A stretch of 64,000 bases of DNA from an uncultured archaeon (lineage in GTDB: Archaea; Thermoproteota; Bathyarchaeia; Bathyarchaeales; Bathycorpusculaceae): positions 288,001-352,000 of the forward strand of contig CAWALK010000012.1 in NCBI GenBank assembly GCA_963782915.1, given 5' to 3'. A model generated the notes under the pieces. The model saw nothing but the letters and a program-made list of their open reading frames with translations, was not told the DNA's origin and ran no database searches. Numbering within the stretch: position 1 is the stretch's first letter; each line of letters begins with the position of its first letter. Made by a program: the position numbers and the translations under genes. Positions 29,937 to 41,089 of the stretch are shown here, piece after piece.

Positions 29937-30392
29937 TTAGTTTATGGGTTTTTTCCATCCGCCATTGCTAAACCGTGCAATGCAACCAAACGGAAGTGCC
30001 AGTACAACCACATCAATCACGGCTATAAACGTAAACGACAGCCCCAACGCCGTCTGTAACACGATATTCGCCGTAGAGAATGCCAAGAGCAGGAATATGC
30101 CGTTTAACCAGAACCCAACTTGCCAACCCTTCGTTCCAAACAGCAAGTTAATGATGAAAATGTTTAGCACCCCCACAATTATCGGTTGAATCAGGTAGGT
30201 TGTGAACATTAAAAAGAAGAAACCCAGCGGCGGCATATACGTCATGAAAGAATCTCTTGCACCCTCCAACGCCACCTGAATCGCAATCAGTATGACTGCT
30301 AAGGTTAAGCCTTGAAGCAGCAACTTCTCTATCAAGCGTAAACTCTGCAATCTGTTACACAGTTTATTTAGCATTGGCAGCAATCCATTCAC
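29937..30392 (-). CDS. Hypothetical membrane protein (4 TM)
   Basis: Hydrophobic ORF overlapping the end of the upstream GH-like gene. Confidence 0.65.
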   Translation of the reverse strand: MNGLLPMLNKLCNRLQSLRLIEKLLLQGLTLAVILIAIQVALEGARDSFMTYMPPLGFFFLMFTTYLIQPIIVGVLNIFIINLLFGTKGWQVGFWLNGIFLLLAFSTANIVLQTALGLSFTFIAVIDVVVLALPFGCIARFSNGGWKKPIN

Positions 30393-31299
30393 CTACCGCA
30401 GTTTCTGTTGGAGTATCCCTTATACCGTAACTATCATAGGCACTGTTCCAGTAAACAAGCCAGCATCCCTTAAGACCCATATTCTTGTAGAGTTCCAGTC
30501 CTTTAATCATGAAGTCGCTTTGGGCTTGATGATTAGTTGTTGACATGCCAAACTCTGTAATCACCACGTCTCGGTCTGTTATTTTTTGGAGGTTAGTAAC
30601 GAAATGAGGGGACAGTACCACGAAGGCATCCATGAAAACGTCCAAGCCCACAAAATTCAGTTTCGGGGCTAACTCAATGGGTACATTGCTTCTTAGGATG
30701 TAGCCTATTCCAAAGTTAGTGTAGTATTCGACTGAGAGATGATGTGCCTCAATGGTGTTGTACATGAGGTTAAATTTGGAGGTTATTTCATCGTCGGTAA
30801 ACATGGAACCAAGAGACCAAGTCGAGGATAGTTCTGGTTCATTGAAGATTTGGATGTACTTGAGGTGTCCACCCCAGCGGTCAAGGTAGTAATCTACTTT
30901 CGAAGCTTCATCAAGGTTTTTGACAACCAATGCAACGGCTAAACCATAACTATCCGTCGCTGAAAAGAAAGCGTCATTCTTTCGGTTCTGGATGTTGTTG
31001 ATGTCGGTTGGGTTGCATTCAAGAGTAATCCTGATCACTTTAAAGCCCAAATCATGGATGCGACCGACCTGCCCATAAATCTGGTCTAACTCGTCCTGCT
31101 CATACACGTAGTGTATGCCGACTTGGAACTCAGAGTTCCCTTTCTGGGCTGAAGCAAAATATTGATAGGGGAAAAACACTTGGACAAAGAAGAACAATAT
31201 ACACATCGTAATAACGATTAAGTTTTTGATTAAGCTCCTGTTTGTGAAGCCTACAAAACCGTGAACGATACCCGAAACGATTTTGCTCATAGCCACCAT
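30364..31299 (-). CDS. Membrane-anchored putative clan GH-A glycoside hydrolase
   Basis: N-terminal TM, LGFKVIRI, IFNEP (acid/base), VVITEFG (nucleophile). Confidence 0.72.
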   Translation of the reverse strand: MVAMSKIVSGIVHGFVGFTNRSLIKNLIVITMCILFFFVQVFFPYQYFASAQKGNSEFQVGIHYVYEQDELDQIYGQVGRIHDLGFKVIRITLECNPTDINNIQNRKNDAFFSATDSYGLAVALVVKNLDEASKVDYYLDRWGGHLKYIQIFNEPELSSTWSLGSMFTDDEITSKFNLMYNTIEAHHLSVEYYTNFGIGYILRSNVPIELAPKLNFVGLDVFMDAFVVLSPHFVTNLQKITDRDVVITEFGMSTTNHQAQSDFMIKGLELYKNMGLKGCWLVYWNSAYDSYGIRDTPTETAVGEWIAANAK

Positions 31300-31383
31300 A
31301 ATGGAGGCAAGCGCTTTTATATTTAATCAAAAGAAAGGTGCTAAAACAAGAAAACGAAATTAAAAAATAAAGAAAAAATTTGT

Positions 31384-32535
31384 TTAGAAGAAGCCCTGAA
31401 TTGGGGAATCTTCTTTGGCAATTGCGCCCTTGATTTCTTCGATTTTGGTCTTTGTCAAATGTTTAATGTCGTTAAAGCTTGACATTTCACCATAGCTAAC
31501 CAAAGTAATAGCGGTGCCTTCTTCGCCTTTGCGTGCTGTTCTGCCGATGCGGTGGAAGTACACTGGTGGGTCGTTGGGTACGTCATAGTTGATGATGTGT
31601 GTGATGCCTTCGATGTCTAAGCCTCTTGCTGCAACGTCAGTTGCTACGAGTATGTTGCGTCTGCCATGTTTGAATTCCATGATTGAGCGGTCGCGTTGTG
31701 CTTGTGTGAAGCCTGCGTGGAGGACGTGTGTGTGGAAGCCGTGTTTGTAGAGTTGATCAGCTAAGCGGCTGGTTTCGTGGCGTGTTCTGCAGAATACAAT
31801 GACTTTTTCGACGCGGTCATCTTGTAGTAAGTCGCAGAGGGCGTTTAGTTTGCCGCCTTGATTTACTACGGCATAGTATTGTTTCATTTGGGTTAGGGCG
31901 ATTTCGTCTTTGCTTACGAGGATTTTCTGTGGGTTCTTCATGTACTTGTTGGATATGCGCATGACGCTTTCGTCCATGGTTGCGCTGAAGAGGGCGGTTT
32001 GGCGGTCTTTAGGTGTTTTTGAGAGTATGAATTCGATGTCTTCGATGAAGCCCATGTCTAGCATGCGGTCTGCTTCGTCTAAAACGACAAAGCGGACTGA
32101 GGCTAAGTTTAGTACACGTCTTTCCATGAGGTCGATGAGTCTGCCGGGTGTGCCGACGACTATTTGGACTCCGTTAGCAAGTGCATGCACCTGCTTGTTG
32201 ATGGATTCTCCGCCGTAAACAGCGAGAACCTTCACCTTTGCGAATTTGCCAAATTTAGCTATGTTTTCAGCTACTTGGTTGGCTAACTCGCGAGTAGGAG
32301 CCAAAACGAGTGCTTGTACTCCGCGGACTTCACGGTTTAGTTTCTGTACCATAGGGACGCCGAAAGCGGCAGTTTTGCCTGTTCCGGTTTGTGCTTGCCC
32401 GATGACATCTTTACCTTCTAGTAGGGGCATTATTGCTTGAGCTTGAATAGGAAAAAGTGCATCAAACCCGAGCTCGTTTATACTTTTTAGGACTTCTGGT
32501 GATAATGGTAAGTCCTTAAATGATTGAACTTGCAT
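31384..32535 (-). CDS. DEAD-box RNA helicase
   Basis: Q motif, AQTGTGKT, PTRELA, DEAD, SAT, HRIGRTAR. Confidence 0.96.
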   Translation of the reverse strand: MQVQSFKDLPLSPEVLKSINELGFDALFPIQAQAIMPLLEGKDVIGQAQTGTGKTAAFGVPMVQKLNREVRGVQALVLAPTRELANQVAENIAKFGKFAKVKVLAVYGGESINKQVHALANGVQIVVGTPGRLIDLMERRVLNLASVRFVVLDEADRMLDMGFIEDIEFILSKTPKDRQTALFSATMDESVMRISNKYMKNPQKILVSKDEIALTQMKQYYAVVNQGGKLNALCDLLQDDRVEKVIVFCRTRHETSRLADQLYKHGFHTHVLHAGFTQAQRDRSIMEFKHGRRNILVATDVAARGLDIEGITHIINYDVPNDPPVYFHRIGRTARKGEEGTAITLVSYGEMSSFNDIKHLTKTKIEEIKGAIAKEDSPIQGFF

Positions 32536-32733
32536 TTTATCGATTTATCTTCTGCCACAGATGTTTCTTCATGGATTCCTAAAAGCTAAAGCCTTTTGTG
32601 ATACATGAGTTAATGTGACAGCCTCCAATGGTGTCGGGGCGTATAAAAACATTTAGCAAAAATCTAAGCAAAGCAGATGTCATTGAAACCTGAAAATACT
32701 AGGAACACCGCAAAGCTGCTTGAAGGGTTATTT

Positions 32734-32799
32734 TGGGTCAGCGAAATTTGACGTGCTCTCACAGCCATAGGCTCGAAGCCGTCGCCTCACATCATCCCA
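32734..32799 (-). ncRNA. C/D box guide sRNA
   Basis: TGGG-[C ATGATGT]-GAGGCGACGGCT-[D' TCGA]-GCCTATGGC-[C' TGTGAGA]-GCACGTCAAATTTCG-[D CTGA]-CCCA; 66 nt with terminal stem; AT-rich box about 25 nt upstream. Confidence 0.65.
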
Positions 32800-32867
32800 C
32801 GCTATGAAGCAGGGCAGGGAAATTTATCTATTTTGATGACAAAAGAAGAGAAAGAAAAAAGCTATTT

Positions 32868-33434
32868 TTAGCCGTAAACTTGATTGACAAAGTCAGATGC
32901 TCGAGCGTTAAGGTTTTCGCTTTCCCCGATTTTAACCACAACAGCGTTTGACAATGCACCGCCGCTTTGCAAGGCTGGAACAGCATCTTTAATTTGGGCA
33001 ACATCTGAGTCTGTGGTTGAACCCTGACCGCTGCCAAAGACGCCTACTTTGGTGTCAGCGTCATGTTTGAGGTTGCTTAGGGCATCTTTAACTGAGCTGG
33101 TGGGTGCGCCTGCATAGATGGGTCCGCCGATGATTATAATGTCGTAGCCTGTGGTGTTAGCGGCTGACGTGCTTTTTATGCCTGCCACTGTAACTGTCAT
33201 GTTCTTTGCCAAAAGGTCATTTGCGACTTGGTTGGCGACACGTGTTGATGCGCCGGATAATCCCGGGTCATAGAGCACCAATGCTGTTCCCATGGGTGCC
33301 ACAGTCGGTTCCATGGTCTGTGAGCCCGTTGCGGTGTAAGCAACCAAATCCAAGAAGAATACTGCGCCGACAACGGCGACTATTATGATTAATACGGCAA
33401 ATATTGCCAAGATTATTTTGAGTATTTTCCTCAT
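32868..33434 (-). CDS. Membrane-anchored flavodoxin-like protein
   Basis: N-terminal TM, YDPGLSG.S..VA, YDIIIIGGPIYAG. Confidence 0.78.
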   Translation of the reverse strand: MRKILKIILAIFAVLIIIVAVVGAVFFLDLVAYTATGSQTMEPTVAPMGTALVLYDPGLSGASTRVANQVANDLLAKNMTVTVAGIKSTSAANTTGYDIIIIGGPIYAGAPTSSVKDALSNLKHDADTKVGVFGSGQGSTTDSDVAQIKDAVPALQSGGALSNAVVVKIGESENLNARASDFVNQVYG

Positions 33435-33646
33435 AATTCTGCCTCTTTTTCGTTAGTTGTTATTCGGGGTTTTTTCCATAAAAAACTTGTGTATCAGCCA
33501 AAAATCGTACAAAAAACCAATGCACAAAACATGGTTTATCCCTCAAAGTCCAATCGTGCTTTAACGACAAATGACGAATCTAAATCCTTAAACCGCTCCG
33601 AGAGAAGGATAGCATAATGCGTGTTATGGTGGAGGTGAAAAAGAGA

Positions 33647-33718
33647 ATGATATTCCGCGAAGAAGAGGATGAATGGGAAGAAGGCGAAGATGAGGAATGG
33701 GAAGAAGAGGAATGGTAA
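33647..33718 (+). CDS. 23-aa acidic Trp-rich micro-protein
   Basis: GGAGGTGA RBS at 33631-33638; MIFREEEDEWEEGEDEEWEEEEW*; T-rich tract downstream. Confidence 0.6.
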   Translation: MIFREEEDEWEEGEDEEWEEEEW

Positions 33719-33920
33719 GCTTGCCGGCTGAAGTATCTTTTATTATCTTTCTTTTAGGTTTCGGTTAGGGTTTTGAGGTTGTTTTTTTGGGTAACCGATG
33801 AGAACACCAGTGCTGTTTTGCCCAAGTATGCGGGGTTGTGTTGTATCTACGTTTAATCAGCTTTTTTGCGGTCTTAAATTTATAACTGGGTAGTTGAATT
33901 CAAGTAGTGGACGTTTACTA

Positions 33921-35741
33921 ATGACGCGACTTGCCGTATTAAACACCGACAAATGCAAAACCAAAAAATGCAACCAACTCTGTGTACACTTCTGCCCAAT
34001 GGTACGCAGCCGGACAGAAGCCATCAGAGTCGAAGGCGACAAAGCCATAATCTCCGAAACACTTTGCAGCGGATGCGGCATCTGCGTCAAAAAATGCCCC
34101 TTCCAAGCCATATCCATAGTCAACTTACCCGACGAACTCGAAAAGGATTGCAGCCACCGCTTCGGCGAAAACAGTTTCAAACTCTTCCGCCTACCAATGC
34201 CTGCACCCGGCACAGTCTTGGGCTTGTTGGGGCAAAACGGCATAGGCAAAAGCACTACCCTAAAAGTTTTCTCAGGCGAAATCAAACCCAACCTAGGCAA
34301 ATACGATGATCCGCCGGAATGGAATGAAATCATCCAGTACTACCGGGGTTCAAGCCTTCAAGATTACTTCACAAGGCTTAGCGAGAAAAAAATCAAAGTC
34401 AGCAACAAACCCCAATACGTCGACAAAATTCCCAAAGCCATAAGCGGCAAAGCAGGCGATTTGCTCGATAAAGTGGATGAACGCAATCAATTGGACGCCA
34501 TCGCTGACGAGTTGGAGTTACGCAAAATTTGGGACCGCCCACTGGACGTGTTGAGCGGCGGCGAATTGCAGCGTGTAGCTGTTGCTGCGGCGCTTAGCAG
34601 AGATGCAGATGTGTATCTTTTCGATGAACCCTCCAGTTACTTAGACGTAAAACAGCGCCTCGTCGTAGCACGGGCAATCCGCAGCTTAAAAGAGCAACAG
34701 AAAACCGTAATCGTCGCCGAACATGACTTAGCCATCATCGACTACCTCTCAGATCAAATCTGCGTCTTCTACGGTGAACCAGGCGTCTACGGAGTCGTCA
34801 GCCACGTACACGGCGTAAGAACAGGCATCAACATTTACCTCCAAGGCTACATTCCCGACGAAAACATAATGTTCCGCAAAGAAAGCATCGTTTTCCACGA
34901 GAAACCCCCAAGCACAGGAGAAAACATCGGTGCACCCCTGCTCAAATGGGAGCGGATGGAGAAGACTTTCAAGGGCTTCAAACTCGCAGTTGAACCCGGC
35001 GAAATCAGAAGCGGCGAAATCATCGGCATCTTGGGACCCAACGGCATCGGCAAAACCACCTTCGTGAAAATGCTTGCCGGCATAGATGAAACCGATGATA
35101 AACGGCAAATTAGCAAATTAACCGTGAGTTACAAGCCCCAATACATCGCCCCAGACTTCGAAGGCACAGTACAGGAACTGCTGATGAGTGTGGCTAAAGA
35201 GAACTTTATTTCCAGCTGGTACAAAACCGAAATCGCCACACCCCTGCGCCTGCAAGTTCTCATGGACCGCAATGTTATGGAACTCAGCGGAGGAGAACTC
35301 CAAAAAGTCGCCATCGCCGCATGCTTAAGCCGCAAAACCGACCTATTCCTGCTCGACGAACCCAGCGCATACCTCGACGTTGAAGAACGCCTAAACGTAG
35401 CCAAAACCCTACGCAGAGTCGTAGAAGCCCACGGCATCCCCGCCTTCGTCGTCGAACACGACGTAGTCACACAGGACTTCATCGCAGACCGCCTCATGGT
35501 CTTCAACGGCGAACCCGGCGTCAGCGGCCTCGCCCATCCACCGACCACACTGAGAGGCGGCATGAACACCTTCCTCAAAGAAATGGACATAACCTTCCGC
35601 AGAGACTCCACCACCTACCGCCCACGCGTCAACAAAGAAGACTCACAGATGGACAAATTCCAGAAGAGCATCGGCGAATACTACTACACCAAAATCAACA
35701 AAGAAGCAGACAAAGAGGAAGAAGCCAAGAAAAAGAAGTAA
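33921..35741 (+). CDS. rli: Ribosome recycling factor ABCE1/Rli1
   Basis: N-terminal FeS cysteines (C..K.C...C...CP; CSGCGICVKKCP) and two ABC cassettes (GQNGIGKS, GPNGIGKT, LSGGELQ twice). Confidence 0.97.
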   Translation: MTRLAVLNTDKCKTKKCNQLCVHFCPMVRSRTEAIRVEGDKAIISETLCSGCGICVKKCPFQAISIVNLPDELEKDCSHRFGENSFKLFRLPMPAPGTVLGLLGQNGIGKSTTLKVFSGEIKPNLGKYDDPPEWNEIIQYYRGSSLQDYFTRLSEKKIKVSNKPQYVDKIPKAISGKAGDLLDKVDERNQLDAIADELELRKIWDRPLDVLSGGELQRVAVAAALSRDADVYLFDEPSSYLDVKQRLVVARAIRSLKEQQKTVIVAEHDLAIIDYLSDQICVFYGEPGVYGVVSHVHGVRTGINIYLQGYIPDENIMFRKESIVFHEKPPSTGENIGAPLLKWERMEKTFKGFKLAVEPGEIRSGEIIGILGPNGIGKTTFVKMLAGIDETDDKRQISKLTVSYKPQYIAPDFEGTVQELLMSVAKENFISSWYKTEIATPLRLQVLMDRNVMELSGGELQKVAIAACLSRKTDLFLLDEPSAYLDVEERLNVAKTLRRVVEAHGIPAFVVEHDVVTQDFIADRLMVFNGEPGVSGLAHPPTTLRGGMNTFLKEMDITFRRDSTTYRPRVNKEDSQMDKFQKSIGEYYYTKINKEADKEEEAKKKK

Positions 35742-36074
35742 CCGCTTTAGGTTTCTCTGTTTTCTTTCATTTTTTACTTTATGCAAGGGAGTAGCTTTGG
35801 ACCAGTTTGCTCCACAACACCAGTAACCCACAAACCCAGACGCCACAACACACGCCCGCCTCTGCTTCGAAATAAATGATCCACACCAACAATAAACAAA
35901 CAAAGCCAAACCGCACCCCAACCACAAACAAACACCCCTAAAAACACCAAAAACCGCTTTACCCATAAACACCAAACCCAACAAGCACCGCAAGAAGCCT
36001 TAAAGTTTATATTTGCGTTCGGATTTTGCAATAATCCGAATTAAACAAGATTCTACTAAAGTAGGGATAACGAT

Positions 36075-37722
36075 ATGGCGTATTTAACAACAACAGGTTC
36101 AGGACAGCCAGTCCTCATCCTCAAAGAAGGAACAACCCGCAGCAGAGGCAAAGAAGCCCAGCGAAACAACATTATGGCAGCCCGAGTAATCGGTGAAGTA
36201 CTAAAAACAACCTTAGGCCCAAGAGGCATGGATAAAATGCTCATCGACAGCCTAGGTGACATCACCATCACCAACGACGGCGCAGCCATCCTAAAAGAAA
36301 TCGACGTAGAACACCCCGCTGCAAAAATGATGGTTGAAATCGCCAGAACACAAGACGACATGGTCGGCGACGGAACCACCAGCGCAGTAGTCCTAGCAAG
36401 CGAATTACTCCGCAAAGCCGAAGAACTCCTCGACCAAAACATACACCCAACCATCCTCGTCAGCGGCTACCGCAAAGCAAGCCAAAAAGCCATCGAAGTC
36501 ATCAACAACACCGCAGTACCACTCGACATCAACGACCGCAAAAAACTCCTCACAGTCGCATTAACCTCAATGAGCAGCAAAGCAGTCGGCTCAGCAAAAG
36601 ACCACCTCGCAGAAATCAGCATCGACGCAGTCAAACAAATCGCTGAAGTCCGCGGAGGCAAAACAATCGCTGACATAGACAACATCCAATTAATCAAGAA
36701 AACAGGCAAAAGCCTCCTTGAAACACAACTAATCCAAGGCATCGTCATCGACAAAGAAGTCGTCAACCCAGGCATGCCCAAAAAGAAAGAAAACGCAAAA
36801 ATCGCACTACTCGACTCAGCCCTCGAAATCGAAAAAACCGAAATCACCGCTGAAATCAGAATAAAAGACCCCTCACAAATGAAAGCCTTCCTAGACCAAG
36901 AAACCACCATGATCCAAGACATGGTCACAAAAGTCAAAGCCTCAGGCGCAGACATCATCTTCTGCCAAAAAGGCGTAGACGACATGGTCCAGCACTTCCT
37001 CGCAAAAGAAGGCATCATGGCAGCACGCAGAGTAAAAGAATCCGACATGGAAAAACTCGCACGCGCCACAGGCGGCAGAATCGTTAGCGACCTCGACGAC
37101 CTAAAGAAAGACGACCTAGGATTTGCAGGCCACGTTGAAGAACGCAAAATCGGCGACGACAAAATGATCTTCGTCGAAAAATGCAAAGACCCACACAGCG
37201 TAGCCATCCTTATCCGCGCAGGCTTAGAACGCATGGTTGACGAAGCCGAACGCGCAATGGTTGATTCACTCTCAGTCGTATCCGACGTCATCGAGAACAA
37301 CAAAATCGTTCCAGGCGGCGGCGCAATCGAAATCGAAATGGCAAAAGAACTCCGCAAATACGCAACCAAAGTCGGCGGACGCGAACAACTCGCAGTTGAA
37401 GCATTCGCAGACGCAGTCGAAGTCATCCCAAGAACACTCGCAGAAAACGCAGGCCTCGAACCAATCGACATCCTCGTTGAACTCCGCCAAGTACACGACA
37501 AAGCAGACGGCAAATACATGGGCATCAACGTATTCACAGGCAAACTCCAAGACAGCATCGCAAACGGCGTCATCGAACCAATCATGGTCAAAGAACAAGC
37601 AATCAAATCAGCATCCGAATCCGCAGCTACTGATCCTACGCATCGACGACGTAATCACCGCCAAAGCACCAAAAGGCGGTCCGGGCGGCCCAGGTGGAAT
37701 GGGCGGCATGGGCGAAGAATAA
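36075..37722 (+). CDS. ths: Thermosome (group II chaperonin) subunit (3' frameshift)
   Basis: TLGPRGMDKM, TNDGA, GDGTTS, re-joined ILRIDDVI and GGMGGM tail. Confidence 0.97.
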
Positions 37723-37870
37723 ACTTCCCCACTTAACTTTTATTTTTGTTTTAATCCTTTTACAACTTAGCAAATAATCATCGATTCTGCGTTATTTTTT
37801 GTTTTTTGAGAGGTTGGTTTATTAAAACGGACTCAATACGTGAGTGTTAACAAGTTGGCGAGCGTAAGCA

Positions 37871-38808
37871 TTGTCACTGGTTGAGTCAATACTCATAGTC
37901 GCTGGGTTAATCGTCTTTGAGGTAGTTAACAGTGTTGACAACGCCATCGTGAACGCCAGCGTTCTAAAAACTATGAATGCTCTTTGGCGCAAACGTTTCC
38001 TGCTCATCGGCATCTTCACATCAGTCTTCTTAGTCAGGTTCATTCTTCCACTGATTATTGTTTGGATTTCTGTGCCCACCATAAGCGGCCAAGACCTCTT
38101 CCTAGCCTTTACAGGGCAAAGTCAAGTTGCAGCAGACGCTATAGAAGCCCAAAAACCCCTAATTCTAATGTTCGGAGGCGTCTTCCTGCTATATCTCTAC
38201 GTACACTGGCTATTCCTCGAAAAGAAAGAACCCCTCTTCATTGAGCGCTTCCTAAAAGAGAAGCATGGCGTATGGTTCTTTGCTTTGCAGCTATACATCT
38301 TGGTCATTGTAATGTATCTTGCACGGGCAGACTCGATGGTTATGCTTGCAGCCGCCATCGGCAGCGCCACCTTCTTTATACTGTACGGTTTAAAGCAGAC
38401 TGCTGAGGAAGGCGAACGCAACCTAGTTCAGGGTGCTGGCAGCATGAGTAACGCCTCAAAATTCCTATACCTAGAAGTCTTGACATGACTTTTAGCTTCG
38501 ACGGCGTCATCGGAGCCTTCGCATTTACCATAAACCTAATCTTGATTTTAATCGGTATCGGAATCGGCGCTATTGTGGTCAGGGAATTAACCATCAGAGG
38601 TATCGATACCATCGCCAAATACAAATACCTCAAAAACGGTGCCTTAACCTCAATTGGTTTCCTCGGTTTGTTTATGATACTTGAAGCCTTCCACGTCGAG
38701 TTGCCAACAGTTTTACCAATAATCATCACTTTCGCGCTCGTCGGCGTAGCATTCTGGCTGTCAAAGCGGGCATTACCCAAAACCGCCCCTGCACAATCAA
38801 ACGCATAG
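37871..38808 (+). CDS. DUF475/TerC-family membrane protein (frameshifted)
   Basis: FEVVNSVDNAIVNA, FLYLEVL + TFSFDGVIGAFAFT, YLKNGA. Confidence 0.85.
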
Positions 38809-38896
38809 AACCAAGCAAGCCTTACAGACAGGTTTTGTTGTAAACTTACGAAAACCTATTTATTTCTAAGAGAGCAACAACTGTTGGCTCAAACGT

Positions 38897-38971
38897 GCTC
38901 CGGTAGTATAGTCCGGTCAAGTATGCCGGCCTCTCGAGTCGGCGACCCGGGTCCAAATCCCGGCCGGAGCA
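38897..38971 (+). tRNA. tRNA-Glu(CTC)
   Basis: GCTCCGG/CCGGAGC acceptor, CCGGC-CT-CTC-GA-GTCGG anticodon arm; T loop reads TCCAAAT. Confidence 0.92.
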
Positions 38972-38998
38972 CTTCAACTTCTCTCAAATTTCGGCTTG

Positions 38999-39950
38999 CT
39001 AATTGAGACCGAATGTTCTTTTTAAAATTGGATCAAGGATATACGGGCTTGCAGATTCATAGCTTCATTAGTTAAAATGTCGTGGTCGCCTTCGATTCTA
39101 ATGAAATGTGTTTCAACGCCTGCTGCTTCGAGTTTAGCATTGAATGCTTCGGCGACTTGTATGGGCACAATTCGGTCGTTAACGCCATGCACAAAGACAA
39201 AGGCTGGGTCGCCTGAGGAAAGTAGGTTACTGGTGAAGCTTCATTCCATAACTCGGGGTTTTGGCTGTAGGTAACGCCGCCAAATTGGCTGCTCACAATT
39301 GTAATTAAGCAAGTTGAGGTTCTCGGTTTTATTTTGCCCCACGAACTCTAAATCTTCCACTCCATCATAGTTGACTACTAAGCAGACTTGGCTATGGATT
39401 GTTCCGTTAAAGTTGTGGTTATTCAAGAAAGACTCATTTCCGAAAGCGTTCCAATTAGCGAGGCTAAGTGTGCTCCAGCGCTGCTTCCCATTACAGCGAT
39501 TTTTTGTGTATCCACATGATAGTTAGCCGCGTTTGCTTGGATGAAGGTGAGTGCTGAAATTACGTCTTCGATGTTTTGTGGCCAAGCTGTTCGGTTTGGA
39601 GCCGCGAGGGTGTAGTCGATTGAGAAACCCGCGATTCCCCGTTTAGCATACAGTTGGGCTATTTCGCTGAAGTCGCTGCGGTTGCCTTCTGCCCATCCGC
39701 CGCCATGGATGTATATTATTGCTGGGAATGGTCCGTTGCCTTCTGGCAGATAAACATCCATAAGGTGGTATGGGTTAGAATCATCCACGTATCGGATGCC
39801 TGATTGCGTGGTAAAAGTTGTTGTTTCTGGCAGCAGCGTCGATTCACCCAGTTGTTGGTTGCCTAAAAATGCAAAGAGGGATACAGTGACTACTACAACT
39901 ATTATGATGGCAATTGCTGGGTAGCGTTTTCTCAAAGCTCTGGTCCTCAA
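38999..39950 (-). CDS. Membrane-anchored alpha/beta hydrolase (HSL-like esterase), multiply frameshifted
   Basis: HGGGW oxyanion motif, GSSAG nucleophile, later HG.ND..VP and GDH fragments. Confidence 0.8.
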
Positions 39951-39976
39951 CTAGGCCTTAGCTTTAAGTTAACACT

Positions 39977-41089
39977 TCAGCGTCGAACTAAAGTATTCTT
40001 ATAAAAAACCACCATTTGACCAATAAAGTGGTAGAAAAGAATCTTTGGTCGATACTTCAAAGCCATCAATACAAGCGGAATGCCACCGAGCAAAACCCCA
40101 ATTCTTACCGCTTGATAGAGATAAAACATTGGTCCGCTGGCAAACAAAGCTTCGCCCTGCCCAAAAATGTAGGTTAAGATTACGAAGCTGATGAAGGGTT
40201 CTGAGAGGTAGATGAAGGCGCTGTGGTCGGCTATCTGTTTGGCGAAGCCGTTAACTGGGATCTTGATTTTTCTCAATGCGAGCAAAGCTAAGAGGACTAA
40301 TCCCATTGTTAGGGCGATGCTGCGGCAGTTAAAGTAAACGTTTGCTACTAAAGCGTTAAGAACGGTGTTGTAGTTGAATAATCCTGAGAAGTCAATTGCA
40401 AACATTGCTACTATGGGTGTGGCTACTAAAGCCATTTTGTAGTTCATTAATTTCTCGTAGAGCTTGAATTTGCTGATGTAGAAGCCAAAGACGAAAACGA
40501 GCATGTATTGATTGAATAATCCGTCAAGCCGTAATGGTGCTTCATAGGTCCAAAGTATAGTTGTGCCGATGAGCACGCTGGTAATTGTGAGCAATTGGGT
40601 TTTTGTGTTTTTAACGTATCTTTCGAGTACACAGGTTATGACCATGAATAGCAACATAAAGGGTATGAACCAGAGTGTTCCCCAATTGTAGACCGAGTTT
40701 AACCCAGCGAAAACGTTTAGCATAGAAACTTGGGAGAATAGCGCCATCGGTGTAGTTTGTGCTCCCATGGCTGAATCTAGTAACAGATAAAACACTACTG
40801 CTGCTACGAATGGGACGTAGAGTGTTAGGGCTTTTGATTTGAAGAATTGTTTGAGGCTTTTTCCTTTTTTCAAAAACGATGAATATGCTAAGTATCCGCC
40901 GACGAAGAAGAATGTGCTCAGCAAGAACCATTCGGCTGGTTTCATGATGTTGGGGTATGCAAAGAGGAGGTCGCTGTGGACGAAGATGAGTAGCACTAGG
41001 GCGGTGATTTTTAGGATGGTCAATTCGGAGATTGGCTTAGAATGTGGCTGAACCTTGACCTGTATTTCATCGTAAGTCATCATATACAC
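39977..41089 (-). CDS. Acyltransferase-3 family membrane protein
   Basis: LK..A.VLLIFVH, FFFVGGY, LWFIP; about 10 TM. Confidence 0.8.
   Translation of the reverse strand: MYMMTYDEIQVKVQPHSKPISELTILKITALVLLIFVHSDLLFAYPNIMKPAEWFLLSTFFFVGGYLAYSSFLKKGKSLKQFFKSKALTLYVPFVAAVVFYLLLDSAMGAQTTPMALFSQVSMLNVFAGLNSVYNWGTLWFIPFMLLFMVITCVLERYVKNTKTQLLTITSVLIGTTILWTYEAPLRLDGLFNQYMLVFVFGFYISKFKLYEKLMNYKMALVATPIVAMFAIDFSGLFNYNTVLNALVANVYFNCRSIALTMGLVLLALLALRKIKIPVNGFAKQIADHSAFIYLSEPFISFVILTYIFGQGEALFASGPMFYLYQAVRIGVLLGGIPLVLMALKYRPKILFYHFIGQMVVFYKNTLVRR

Noticed and set aside
35780-36000. C/A-rich low-complexity tract between ABCE1 and thermosome, with minus-strand ORFs
   Set aside because: No periodic unit or repeat-spacer structure; the ORFs are compositional artefacts.
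36467-37606. 379-aa antisense ORF inside the thermosome gene, and similar shadow ORFs over ABCE1, dinB, aCPSF1 and the oxidoreductase
   Set aside because: Explained by strong C/A third-position codon bias of the real genes, which removes antisense stops; no motifs.
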